64,000 bases of DNA from Pyrinomonadaceae bacterium (GTDB lineage: Bacteria; Acidobacteriota; Blastocatellia; Pyrinomonadales; Pyrinomonadaceae), in NCBI GenBank assembly GCA_036403375.1, contig DASWRC010000188.1:23248-87247 (forward strand). The letters are read 5' to 3'. A program made the position numbers and the translations under genes. Under the pieces are notes generated by a model. It was given only the letters and a program-made list of their open reading frames with translations, was not told the origin of the DNA and did no database searches. Positions 1 to 9,053 of the stretch are shown here, piece after piece (the first letter of the stretch is position 1; each line of letters begins with the position of its first letter).

Positions 1-835
1 CGGTGCGAAAATCGACCTTTTGCGCCCGCGCCTGCTCGGGCGACATATACTGCGGCGTGCCGATAAGCATTCCGGGCGTCGTCATCGTCGCTCTGATTCG
101 CGTCGCGGCTTCGCCGTCGATTTCCGCCGTGCCGGCGGCGTCGGACAATTTTGCGATGCCGAAGTCCAAAACCTTAACGATGCCGTCGCGCCGCACCATT
201 ATATTGTCGGGCTTGATGTCGCGGTGAATAATGCCCGAAGCGTGCGCGCCCGAAAGCGCCGAACCGATTTGGGCGGCAATTTCGAGCACGCCCGCGACAG
301 TCGGTTTTTCTTCCGCGAGGTAATGTTGAAGCGTTCTGCCCTTGATAAATTCGGTAACGATAAAATGTGTTCCGCCGGTTTCGCCGATTTCGTGAACGGT
401 TAGAATATTCGGATGATTTAAGGCGGACGCGGCGCGGGCTTCCTGAAAAAAGCGTTCGAGGCGCGTCGCATCGTTTGCCAAATCGCCCGCCAGCATTTTG
501 ATGGCGACGCGGCGTTCGAGCCTCGTGTCTTCAGCCAGGTAAACCGTGCCCATGCCGCCTTTGCCGAGGATTGAGAGAATTTTGTATTGATTGATAAACG
601 AGCCGGCAATTTCGCCCGCTTCGCGTTCGTTGACGAGCGCGGCGGCAATTTTGTCGGGCGGCGTGTCAATCACGCTGTAATGACCGTTTTCAAAAGCGAG
701 AAGCGATTCTACCTCGGCGCGCAATTCATTGTCGCCGCCGCAGGATTCGCGCACGAAGGATTCGCGACTGCCGGGTGCGAGTTCGAGCGCGGCGTGAAAA
801 ACTTCTTCGACTTTTTTGAGCCTTTCGGGCGACAT
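1..835 (-). CDS. Serine/threonine protein kinase, N-terminal part (3' end runs off the window)
   Basis: Absent from the ORF track because it is open at the window edge. Reverse-strand translation from the ATG (complement of 833-835) gives MSPERLKKVEEVFHAALEL..., a Gly-loop LGKGGMGTVYLA and the VAIK lysine. It also gives the catalytic loop HRDIKPDNIMV (complement of ~193-227) and DFGIAK (complement of ~148-166). Confidence 0.85.
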   Translation of the reverse strand, partial: MSPERLKKVEEVFHAALELAPGSRESFVRESCGGDNELRAEVESLLAFENGHYSVIDTPPDKIAAALVNEREAGEIAGSFINQYKILSILGKGGMGTVYLAEDTRLERRVAIKMLAGDLANDATRLERFFQEARAASALNHPNILTVHEIGETGGTHFIVTEFIKGRTLQHYLAEEKPTVAGVLEIAAQIGSALSGAHASGIIHRDIKPDNIMVRRDGIVKVLDFGIAKLSDAAGTAEIDGEAATRIRATMTTPGMLIGTPQYMSPEQARAQKVDFRT

Positions 836-865
836 AAATTAGCTTTTATTTGATTAAACGGAATT

Positions 866-1429
866 TCACGTTAATTCGCGCAAAAGCCAGGTGCGCGAAA
901 ATCGCCAGTCGCGTTTGACCGTTTCGGGAGATATTTTTAAGACCTCGGCGATTTCTTCCGTTGTCAAACCGCCGAAATATTTCAGCTCGACGACCTGCGC
1001 CTTCCGGTTGTCGAGAGCCGCTAATTCCTTCATCGCATCGTCGAGCAGGATAACTTCGTCCGAATTTTGCGAAGAAACGGCAAAGCTGTCGTCGAGCGTC
1101 ACTTTTTCCTGCCAGCCGCCGCGTTTCCGGCTGTGTTTCGAGCGCGCGTAATCGACCAGAATATGCCGCATCGCCTGTGCCGCAACGCCGAAAAAATGCG
1201 CCCGGTTCTGCCAGTTTTGCTCGCTGCTTTTGGCGATTTTCAGGTAGGCTTCGTGAATCAATTCGGTCGTCTGGAAGGTATGACCGGCGGATTGGCGGCG
1301 CATGAAACGGCGCGCCATCCGGCGCAGCTCGTCATAAACCAGGGGCATTAAATTTTCCAGCGCCGTCTGGTTTCCGTTGCCCCATTCAACGAGCAGGCGT
1401 GTTATCTGCTGCGAATCGAAATTTTCCAT
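866..1429 (-). CDS. ECF-type RNA polymerase sigma factor (kinase-associated type)
   Basis: Track ORF is 866..1627. I trimmed it to the internal ATG (complement 1427-1429; MENFDSQQITRLLVEWGNGNQ), giving 187 aa. Region 2 (ELIHEAYLKI) and a region 4 HTH (GGLTTEEIAEVLKISPETVKRDW) are present. Its stop lies 30 bp upstream of the kinase start on the same strand. Confidence 0.8.
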   Translation of the reverse strand: MENFDSQQITRLLVEWGNGNQTALENLMPLVYDELRRMARRFMRRQSAGHTFQTTELIHEAYLKIAKSSEQNWQNRAHFFGVAAQAMRHILVDYARSKHSRKRGGWQEKVTLDDSFAVSSQNSDEVILLDDAMKELAALDNRKAQVVELKYFGGLTTEEIAEVLKISPETVKRDWRFSRTWLLRELT

Positions 1430-1572
1430 AAACGGATGAATACTTGCAGGTGGGATGATTATAGGACAAAACCTACTTTTTGAAAACAGGTTTTGGCGTT
1501 TTCGGGCGATGTCGTTCTTTGTCAGCCGAACTTGTCGGCGCGCGCGTAAACGTCTAAAATCTCTTTCAGTAA

Positions 1573-2871
1573 ATGAAAGCCGATTTAATAATCCACAATG
1601 CCGGTCAGCTTTTGACCTGCCGCTCAAACGGAAAACCCAAAAGAAAGGCGGAAATGCCGTCGGTCGGGCTAATCGAAAACGGCGCGGTTGCCGTCTTGGG
1701 CGACAAAATCGCGGCGGTCGGTAAATCCGCGGACATTTTGCGCGAATTTGAAAGCGATGTGACTATCGATGCAAATGACCGGGTTGTTTCGCCCGGCTTT
1801 GTGGAGTGTCACACGCACGTCGTTTTTGCCGGCAACCGTCTCGACGAATTCGAGCTGAAAATCAAAGGCGCGGATTATATGGAAATCCTCGCGTCGGGCG
1901 GCGGCATTATCTCGACCGTGCGGCAAACGCGCGAAGCGAGTTTGCCGGAGTTAGTCGAACAAAGCCGCCGGCGTCTCGATAAAATGCTTGCGCTCGGCGT
2001 CACGACCGCCGAAATTAAAACCGGTTACGGTCTTGATACCAATACCGAATTTAAAATGCTGGAAGCGATTCTGGAATTGGACGAACATCACCCGCTCGAA
2101 CTTCTGCCGACATTTCTTCCGGCACACGCCGTGCCGCCGGAATTTAAGGAAAAACCTGATGAATATGTCGATTTGATTTGCCTTGAAATGCTGCCGAAAG
2201 TTCGTGATTGGCGAACGGACGCTTATATTGATGTTGACCGTTTAAACTTTCGATACGCCGGCAGCAAACCGTTTTTCGTGGATGTTTTCTGCGAAAAAAA
2301 CGCTTTTAATCTCGCCCAATCGCGCCGCGTTCTGGAAACCGCGAAAGCCCTCGGCTTCAGATTAAAAGCGCACGTTGACGAATTTACAAACCTCGGCGGC
2401 GCGCGGATGGCAATCGAGCTTGGCGCGACTTCCATCGACCATCTGGACGCGATTTCGGCGGAAGAAGTTCAGCTTTTAGCCGCATCCGAAACAATCGGCG
2501 TCGTCACGCCGACCGTTAATTTCAATTTCGGCTCAGGCGTTTTTGCCGACGCGCGCGCGCTTCTGGACGCGGGGTGCGCCGTCGCGCTTTCGACCGATTA
2601 CAATCCCGGCAGCGCGCCGTGCCCGTCTCTGCCGAACGCGATGGCGATTGCCTGCCGCTATCAAAAGCTGCTGCCGTCGGAAGCCTTCAATGCCGCCACC
2701 GTCAACGCCGCTTTCGCCGTCGCGCAGGGCGAGAAAATAGGTTCAATCGAAACCGGGAAACAAGCTGATATTTTAATTTTCGATACCCGCGATTATCGCG
2801 AGATTGCTTATGAATTCGGCAGCAATTCGGTCGAAATTGTTATAAAAAGGGGCACAATTATTAACCAATGA
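1573..2871 (+). CDS. hutI: Imidazolonepropionase
   Basis: 432 aa. Amidohydrolase-fold motifs are present: GFVECHTHVVFAGNR, KAHVDEF, STDYNPGS. A 4-bp ATGA overlap joins it to the following histidine ammonia-lyase gene. Confidence 0.9.
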   Translation: MKADLIIHNAGQLLTCRSNGKPKRKAEMPSVGLIENGAVAVLGDKIAAVGKSADILREFESDVTIDANDRVVSPGFVECHTHVVFAGNRLDEFELKIKGADYMEILASGGGIISTVRQTREASLPELVEQSRRRLDKMLALGVTTAEIKTGYGLDTNTEFKMLEAILELDEHHPLELLPTFLPAHAVPPEFKEKPDEYVDLICLEMLPKVRDWRTDAYIDVDRLNFRYAGSKPFFVDVFCEKNAFNLAQSRRVLETAKALGFRLKAHVDEFTNLGGARMAIELGATSIDHLDAISAEEVQLLAASETIGVVTPTVNFNFGSGVFADARALLDAGCAVALSTDYNPGSAPCPSLPNAMAIACRYQKLLPSEAFNAATVNAAFAVAQGEKIGSIETGKQADILIFDTRDYREIAYEFGSNSVEIVIKRGTIINQ

Positions 2872-4394
2872 ACGAAATTATTTTAGACGGCGAGAGCCTG
2901 ACCTTTGAACAAGTCTGCCGGGTCGCGCACGGGAAACCGAACGCGCCGCGCATTGTTTTAGCCGAAACTGCCAAAGCAAAAGTAACGCGCGCGGCTGATG
3001 CCGTGCAGGAGCTTCTCGAAAAAGGCGAAATCGCATACGGCATTACGACCGGTTTCGGCGCGCTGAAAGACGTGATTATTCCGCTTGAGGATGTCGAAAA
3101 GCTTCAGAAAAACATTATCCTGAGCCACGCGGTCGGCGTCGGCGCGCCGTTCGATACGCCGAGTGTGCGAGCGATTATGCTTATCCGTGCCAACACGCTG
3201 GCGCGCGGTTTTTCGGGCATCCGGCTCGAAACTCTGGAGCTTTTGATTGAGTTCCTGAATCGCGGCATTCACCCGCAGATTCCCGAAAAGGGAAGTCTCG
3301 GCGCATCGGGCGATTTAGCACCGCTCGCGCATATGGCATTGCCGCTCATCGGCGAAGGAACGGCGGAATTCGGCGGCGAGATTTTAAGCAGCCGGGAAGT
3401 TTTGGAAAAAAACGGGCTGCAGCCAATCACGCTTGCCGCCAAAGAAGGTTTAGCCCTCACGAACGGCACGACCGTGATGACGGCAATCGGCGTAATTCAG
3501 GCGTTTCATGCCCAAAAAATTGCCGACATCGCCGAAATTGCGGGCTGCCTTTCGCTCGAAGCCTTAAACGGTACGGACGCGGCTTTCGAGGCGCGCATTC
3601 ACGCGCTGCGCCCGCATCCGAGGCAGATTCGATGCGCCGCAAACTTGCGCGCGATTTTAGAGGGCAGCGAATTTGTCCGCGCAAAAGACCCTAAGAATAT
3701 TCAGGACGCGTACACCTTGCGCTGTATGCCGCAGGTTTACGGTGCGGTGCGCGATGCGATTGATTATGTCGAATGGGTGATGACCAACGAACTCAATGCG
3801 GTGACTGATAATCCTTTGATTTTCTTTGACGACGAGGGCAAAGCGGAAATAGTTTCGGGCGGCAATTTTCACGGCGAGCCGCTCGCGCTTTCGATGGATT
3901 ATCTGGCGCTTGCCCTGACGGAAATCGGCAACATGGCGGAGCGCCGCATTATGCGGCTCGTCGATGCCGATTCGAACGGGCACGTTTTGCCGCCGTTTCT
4001 GACCGAACACAGCGGTTTGAACTCGGGCTTTATGATTGTTCAATACACGGCGGCAGCGCTCGCGACCGAAAACAAGGTTTTATCGCATCCGGCGTCCGCC
4101 GACACGATTCCTTCGTCGGCAAACGTCGAAGACCACGTTTCGATGGGCGTCACGAGCGCCTTGAAATTGTGCGACGTGGCGGAAAATTTGCGGCAAATCT
4201 TAGCGCTCGAACTTTTCTGCGCCGCGCAGGGCGTCGATTTTCGTCGCCGGGCAATCGGCGCGGATAAAAAACTGGGCAAAAAAACGCAGCCGGTTTACGA
4301 AAAAATCCGCGCCTGCGTGCCGTTTATCGAAAAAGACGAGCTGATGTACCCGCACATCGAAGCCGTTAAAAATCTGGTCAGTGAAATTTGTTGA
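2868..4394 (+). CDS. hutH: Histidine ammonia-lyase
   Basis: 508 aa. The MIO-forming Ala-Ser-Gly sits in GSLGASGDLAPLAH, and the protein has typical HAL/PAL length. Confidence 0.92.
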   Translation: MNEIILDGESLTFEQVCRVAHGKPNAPRIVLAETAKAKVTRAADAVQELLEKGEIAYGITTGFGALKDVIIPLEDVEKLQKNIILSHAVGVGAPFDTPSVRAIMLIRANTLARGFSGIRLETLELLIEFLNRGIHPQIPEKGSLGASGDLAPLAHMALPLIGEGTAEFGGEILSSREVLEKNGLQPITLAAKEGLALTNGTTVMTAIGVIQAFHAQKIADIAEIAGCLSLEALNGTDAAFEARIHALRPHPRQIRCAANLRAILEGSEFVRAKDPKNIQDAYTLRCMPQVYGAVRDAIDYVEWVMTNELNAVTDNPLIFFDDEGKAEIVSGGNFHGEPLALSMDYLALALTEIGNMAERRIMRLVDADSNGHVLPPFLTEHSGLNSGFMIVQYTAAALATENKVLSHPASADTIPSSANVEDHVSMGVTSALKLCDVAENLRQILALELFCAAQGVDFRRRAIGADKKLGKKTQPVYEKIRACVPFIEKDELMYPHIEAVKNLVSEIC

Positions 4395-4443
4395 TGAAAA
4401 AAGGCAGGAACGCGACCGCCGGAAAGCGTGTCGTTAGACCAAT

Positions 4444-4478
4444 CCAAAATCTGGAATCTAAAATCCAAAATCCGGAAT
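4444..4478. repeat. Tandem heptamer array (5 units, NNNRAAT)
   Basis: ccaaaat ctggaat ctaaaat ccaaaat ccggaat. The last unit overlaps the ATG (4477) of the NRDE gene. Confidence 0.8.
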
Positions 4479-5202
4479 GTGTGTAATTTTTTTCGCTTAC
4501 AACCAGCATCCCGAATACCCATTCATTTTGCTTGCCAATCGCGATGAATTTTACGCGCGACCGACCGAACGAGCAGATTTCTGGCAGGATTTTCCCGAAA
4601 TATTCGCCGGGCGCGACCTCGTTCACGGCGGAACGTGGCTCGGCATTACAACGCGGGGACGCTTTGCCGCCGTCACGAATTATCGCGACCCGGCAGCGGC
4701 AACCGGAAAATTTTCGCGCGGTAATCTGGTCGGCGATTTTCTGAAAACGGGCGATTCGGTCGAGAATTACCTGTCTAAAATCAAGCTGCGAAGCCGTGAT
4801 TTTTCGGGCTTTAATCTGCTGGTCGGCGAAATAAACGCGCAAAATCAGACGCTCGGTTACTATTCGAACCGCGAAGATAAGATTAAAATTCTCGGCGACG
4901 GCGTTTACGGTTTGAGCAATCATCTGCTCGACACGCCCTGGCAAAAAGTGACCGGCGGCAAAGGGCGCTTAATAGAAATTCTGCAAAACGAGCCGCTTCG
5001 AAAAGACAAACTTTTTGAATTATTAAGCGATCGAGCGCTGGCGGCAGACACCGGCTTGCCCCACACCGGAATAGGTTACGAACGCGAAAAGCTGCTTTCG
5101 GCGATTTTTATCGAAACACCCGTTTACGGGACCCGCTCGTCGAGTGTCATTTTGGTCGATAAAATATTTAATATTTCATTGACGGAAAAAGTTTATCGCT
5201 AA
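4477..5202 (+). CDS. NRDE-family (TANGO2/DUF833-like) protein
   Basis: 241 aa. It starts MCVIFF and carries the literal family motif in LLANRDEFYARPT. Confidence 0.75.
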   Translation: MCVIFFAYNQHPEYPFILLANRDEFYARPTERADFWQDFPEIFAGRDLVHGGTWLGITTRGRFAAVTNYRDPAAATGKFSRGNLVGDFLKTGDSVENYLSKIKLRSRDFSGFNLLVGEINAQNQTLGYYSNREDKIKILGDGVYGLSNHLLDTPWQKVTGGKGRLIEILQNEPLRKDKLFELLSDRALAADTGLPHTGIGYEREKLLSAIFIETPVYGTRSSSVILVDKIFNISLTEKVYR

Positions 5203-5293
5203 ATTCTCGAAATCCCGCAAAATCATATTTGTTTTGTCGTCTGAAAACGTTATAATCTCCCCGATTGAGTCTTAAAGAGCGTTTCCGGTACAT

Positions 5294-6184
5294 ATGAATT
5301 TTCTTAAAAAAACGTGGTTTGTTTTGCTCCTGCTTTTTCCGCTTTTCATCTTTCAATTTCAGGTTTTTGGACAATCTGCTAACTTCCGATACGTGGTCGA
5401 GGAACGGCTCGCCAAGTCGCCGGTTGTCAGAAACGGTAAAAAAACTGTCGGAATCAGGCTCGAAGAAGTTTGCGATATTGACGGCGACACGGTCGCCGAG
5501 CGCGTTTTTCGCGATTACGGCGCGGTGTTTGTCGCGCGCGACGGCGTTCGCCTGCCGCCGAAATGCGTCTTTGAAGACGAGCCGGAAGTTCAGCTGTATC
5601 AAACTTCAGCCAATCCGAAAACGAAAAATATCGGCGGCACAACCATTACCTTACAGGCGGAAGCGATGGACGCCCTGCTGGATGCCGTCGGGGACGCGGC
5701 GGATAAAAATCTGCGAATCACGCCGCGCGGCGGTTCGATTGCGGCAAAGCGGACGTATGAAGAGACGGTCACGCTCTGGTTTTCGCGGTTTAATCCGGGG
5801 CTTACCTTTTGGATGAGCAAAGGGAAAATCTCGCGCCGCGACGCCGACCGGGCGCGTAGTTTGGCGACGCACGAGCAGATTGCGCAGGTGCTCGAATGGG
5901 AAAAGAAAGGCTATTTTTTCAGTAAGGATTTCAGCAAATCGATTCTTTATTCGGTTGCCGCGCCGGGCGCTTCGCAGCACATTTTTATGCTCGCGCTCGA
6001 CGTTGAGCAATTCGCCAACCCGCAGGTCAGAAAAATTTTAGCCGCCCACGGCTGGTTTCAGACCGTGCAGAGCGATTTGCCGCATTTTACGTATCTCGGC
6101 GTCGCGGAAGACAAACTTCCCAAACTCGGTCTGGAAGAAAAATATTCGGGCGGACAAAAATTTTGGGTTCCGAAAATGAGATAA
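5294..6184 (+). CDS. Secreted VanY/M15-type (LAS) peptidoglycan peptidase, paralogue 1
   Basis: 296 aa with an N-terminal signal-like segment (WFVLLLLFPLFIFQFQVFG). C-terminal Zn-ligand pattern: SQHIFMLALD (H-x6-D) and LPHFTYLG, comparable with the VanY EPWHxxY motif. Confidence 0.65.
   Translation: MNFLKKTWFVLLLLFPLFIFQFQVFGQSANFRYVVEERLAKSPVVRNGKKTVGIRLEEVCDIDGDTVAERVFRDYGAVFVARDGVRLPPKCVFEDEPEVQLYQTSANPKTKNIGGTTITLQAEAMDALLDAVGDAADKNLRITPRGGSIAAKRTYEETVTLWFSRFNPGLTFWMSKGKISRRDADRARSLATHEQIAQVLEWEKKGYFFSKDFSKSILYSVAAPGASQHIFMLALDVEQFANPQVRKILAAHGWFQTVQSDLPHFTYLGVAEDKLPKLGLEEKYSGGQKFWVPKMR
5924..6109 (+). repeat. 186-bp near-identical segment, copy A (3' end of M15 paralogue 1)
   Basis: It aligns colinearly (offset 1190 bp) with 7114..7299. 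The first ~78 nt carry 2 mismatches, the last 60 nt are identical, and the central ~45 nt are diverged. Confidence 0.9.
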
Positions 6185-6208
6185 ACTACGGGCGCGCGCG
6201 TAGTTTTT
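6183..6208 (+). terminator. Rho-independent terminator candidate after M15 paralogue 1
   Basis: AAACTACG-ggcgcgcg-CGTAGTTT followed by TT, directly after the stop codon. Confidence 0.5.
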
Positions 6209-6423
6209 CGGAACTCATTCTTTTGCGCGCCGGGCAGATTCGCCCGTGCCCTTTCCTCAATAGATAACGCAAATAAAATCAGGTTTTTTCGTCCATTTGG
6301 CTGGAACCGCGCGAGAGTCGCCTGACTTTTGACTTTAATTCCGAAGTGACGAGCGACGAACACCGTTTTTTATTTTTTAGACGCCGGTTTCAGCGTTTTA
6401 ATGAGCAGTGAGGCATCAGTTTT

Positions 6424-7371
6424 ATGAAATTTTACGCAATATTAGCTTCTATTTTAATCGCCGCGAGCATTTTTTCTTCCGCCTGCTGGTCTCCGAAAGA
6501 AGTTCGCGCGGGCAAAACCGACGTTCCGCCGACTTCTGTGACAACGCCGAATCCGAATTCGAAAAATTCAAATATGGAGAGAAATAATACGGAAGCCCCG
6601 CAAACGAAAAATCCCGAAACATCGGCGAAATCCGGCGGATTTAAAGCAAATCTGCCCGCCAATTTTCAGATGCCGACCGATACTGTCGGTCTTAAGCTTT
6701 TAAGTGAATACGGCGCGATGTGTCTGACGTCGGGCGGCGCGACCGCCCCGAACAAGATTTTTTTCAGCGACGAAGCGGATGTTTCGGCATTTCAATCAAC
6801 CCTGCAAAAATCGACGGAAAATATCGGCGGATTTAATGTCGAGCTGCAAACGGCGGCGATGAACGCTCTAAAAAAAGCCATCGCGGAAGCCAAACAACAG
6901 GGCAAAGACATCACGCCGCGCAACGCCGACGCCGCGAAGCGCAGTTACCGGCAAACGGTCGAAAATTGGGAAAGCCGCGTGACGCCCGGACTTGAGCACT
7001 GGGTTTCCGCCGGGAAATTGACGCCCGCCGAAGCCGGCAGAATCAAGTCGCTCGCGCCGTTTGAACAGGTGCCGGAAATTTTCAAACTCGAATCGCAGGG
7101 CTTGTATTTTTCCAAGGATTTCAGCAAATCGATTCTTTATTCGGTCGCCGCGCCGGGCGCTTCGCAGCACATTTTTATGCTCGCGCTCGATGTTGAGCAA
7201 TTCGCCGACCCGAGCGTGCGCGAAATTTTAGCCCGTAACGGCTGGTTTCAGACCGTGCAGAGCGATTTGCCGCATTTTACGTATCTCGGCGTCGCGGAAT
7301 CGGAACTTGCCGCCAAAGGCTTGAAAACGGTGACGGTGAGCGGTCAGAAATTCTGGGTTCCGAATATTTAA
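6424..7371 (+). CDS. VanY/M15-type peptidoglycan peptidase lipoprotein, paralogue 2
   Basis: 315 aa with a lipobox-like IFSSAC at residues ~16-21. It has the same SQHIFMLALD / LPHFTYLG C-terminus as 5294..6184. Confidence 0.65.
   Translation: MKFYAILASILIAASIFSSACWSPKEVRAGKTDVPPTSVTTPNPNSKNSNMERNNTEAPQTKNPETSAKSGGFKANLPANFQMPTDTVGLKLLSEYGAMCLTSGGATAPNKIFFSDEADVSAFQSTLQKSTENIGGFNVELQTAAMNALKKAIAEAKQQGKDITPRNADAAKRSYRQTVENWESRVTPGLEHWVSAGKLTPAEAGRIKSLAPFEQVPEIFKLESQGLYFSKDFSKSILYSVAAPGASQHIFMLALDVEQFADPSVREILARNGWFQTVQSDLPHFTYLGVAESELAAKGLKTVTVSGQKFWVPNI
7114..7299 (+). repeat. 186-bp near-identical segment, copy B (3' end of M15 paralogue 2)
   Basis: See copy A. The remainder of the two genes is far more diverged. 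Confidence 0.9.
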
Positions 7372-7393
7372 AGAATTGTTGAAAAGGAAAAAA

Positions 7394-7430
7394 GTCCGCG
7401 AAGGTTTTCAAACTCTCGCGGACTTTTTTG
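7394..7430 (+). terminator. Rho-independent terminator after M15 paralogue 2
   Basis: aaaaaGTCCGCGA-(14 nt loop)-TCGCGGACtttttt. Confidence 0.7.
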
Positions 7431-7537
7431 TTGGTTAAAAGAGTCCCGAATTCGGGTCGCTTAAAAAATCTTTGCGGCGCGGCTTATTTAAATGAAGATT
7501 GTGCATAAATCAGCTATTTATACAACATTTAACTCTT

Positions 7538-7640
7538 CGGAATAGCTGACAGCTAATAACTGATAACGGATAACTACAGAAACTCCCCTGAGGCGCGCCG
7601 CACATTATCAGCTATTAGCTATCAGTTATCAGCTATTCCG
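7538..7640. repeat. Inverted arrays of tandem heptamers (imperfect hairpin)
   Basis: The left arm is agctgac agctaat aactgat aacggat aactaca. The right arm is ttatcag ctattag ctatcag ttatcag ctattcc. The outermost 12 nt (CGGAATAGCTGA / TCAGCTATTCCG) pair perfectly. A T-run follows (ggttttttg). Confidence 0.8.
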
Positions 7641-7667
7641 AAAGGTTTTTTGATTTATTCACACTCT

Positions 7668-9053
7668 TCATTTAATTACCGCATTGATCGGCGCCGGATA
7701 ACCTTTGCCTTGCAGCCCGGCGAGCTGGAACGCAACTTCCTTTTTGCCCTTGATATTTTTCGTTACCTTATCGCTGTTCGCGTTCGCATTTTTATTTTTG
7801 CTGCCCGCCGCGTTTGCATTCTGATTTACGTTTGCGTTTGCGTTCTGGTCGACCGGATTGCCCTGCGCGTCCGTACTCATCTGCTTTAATCCTTCGAGAA
7901 TCTTGTCGCGCTCTGCCGGCTGCAGGCTGTCGAGCGAAAAGCCGTAAGCGTCGAGCACGCGGCGCAGATTTTCTTCCGTGTTCGTGCCGCGCTCATAGAC
8001 GTCGCGGAAAATTTTCAAGGTGCCGTTTTCGACGACAATGGTTTCATAACGAATCTCGACCGGAATTGCCTTTTCGAGCTTGACGTTCTTGGTTTCCGTT
8101 TTATTTTTCCCGTAATTGTCGATGTCTTCCAGGGTTATCGGCGAACCGCTCAATTTCGCCAATTCGACCGTAAAATCCTTAATCTGCGAATCGGTCAGCC
8201 CGACGCAGCCGTGCGAGGCAAAGGTTCCGAGCCGCGCCGGTGATTTCCCGCCGTGAATCAGCGACGGCAAACCGATCGGAATCTTAATCGGTCCGAGCGG
8301 ATTTAGTTTGCTGCCCGCTTCGACTTTTTTTCCGGGCTGAACTTTTCCTTTAACCCAAGGTTCATCGGGCGGCGTCCACGACGGATTAAAAATAATCGAC
8401 TCGGCTTTGCGCATTCCGCTCGGCAGAGGGAATTCGGGATAACCGATGCCGACTTTGTAGGTCTTTACTAATTTGCCGTCCTGAAAAACGTCCATTCGGT
8501 ACGCGGGCGCGTTGACGACAACGCGCGTGTCGGTCGGAACCGCGCCGGGTTTTGCCGCGTTGGTCGAGGCTGTTTCCGCGCCGCCCTGCCAGCGCGCCCG
8601 AACGAGTTCAAACAATTGGTTCGCCTTTTCTTCGCCAATTATCCTGCGGATTTCATTGGCGGCGTTTTCCGCCGAAGCGCGCGTCGAACCGGCGCTTTCT
8701 TCGGTTTCGTCGTCGCTCAGGTTTTTCACGGCATCGCCGGAAACCTGTTTTAATTGATTGATTTGGTCGTCCGTTAATTGCAGCTTCGACTTTAATTCTC
8801 CGGCAAACTGCTCGTCCGAGAACATCGCATCGAGAACCGGCAAGGTCACCGGCATCGAAACCGCCGCCTGTTGGTTTTCGGGCGGTTTTGCCGTGTTCGT
8901 ATTAACGACGGTGTTCGTCGCCGAATTGGTACTGACGTTCGCATTCGTGGTCGGCTGGTCGGTTGGCGGAACGCACGCTGTAAAGTCGATTAAAACGCCG
9001 ATAAAAATTAAAACAAAAAATTTTCTGCCCTTTAGTTTCTCGAAAAAAGCCAT
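7668..9053 (-). CDS. L,D-transpeptidase (YkuD domain)
   Basis: Track ORF is 7668..9209. I trimmed it to MAFFEKLKGRKFFVLIFIGVLIDFTAC (ATG complement 9051-9053, AAGGAG 8 nt upstream). YkuD signature HGGKSPARLGTFASHGCVGL is present. The C-terminal tail is Asn/Ala-rich and low-complexity. Confidence 0.8.
   Translation of the reverse strand: MAFFEKLKGRKFFVLIFIGVLIDFTACVPPTDQPTTNANVSTNSATNTVVNTNTAKPPENQQAAVSMPVTLPVLDAMFSDEQFAGELKSKLQLTDDQINQLKQVSGDAVKNLSDDETEESAGSTRASAENAANEIRRIIGEEKANQLFELVRARWQGGAETASTNAAKPGAVPTDTRVVVNAPAYRMDVFQDGKLVKTYKVGIGYPEFPLPSGMRKAESIIFNPSWTPPDEPWVKGKVQPGKKVEAGSKLNPLGPIKIPIGLPSLIHGGKSPARLGTFASHGCVGLTDSQIKDFTVELAKLSGSPITLEDIDNYGKNKTETKNVKLEKAIPVEIRYETIVVENGTLKIFRDVYERGTNTEENLRRVLDAYGFSLDSLQPAERDKILEGLKQMSTDAQGNPVDQNANANVNQNANAAGSKNKNANANSDKVTKNIKGKKEVAFQLAGLQGKGYPAPINAVIK

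Noticed and set aside
3-669. Track ORFs 3..227, 20..403 (+) and 418..669 (-)
   Set aside because: All overlap the Ser/Thr kinase gene, which reads through this region on the minus strand in another frame and carries the canonical kinase motifs. The kinase is missing from the track only because it is open at the window edge.
7780-7850. GTTTGC-type short repeats encoding the NANANVNQNANA tail of the L,D-transpeptidase as a slippage or phase-variation tract
   Set aside because: The repeats are short and imperfect. They are consistent with a low-complexity linker or tail rather than a contingency locus.
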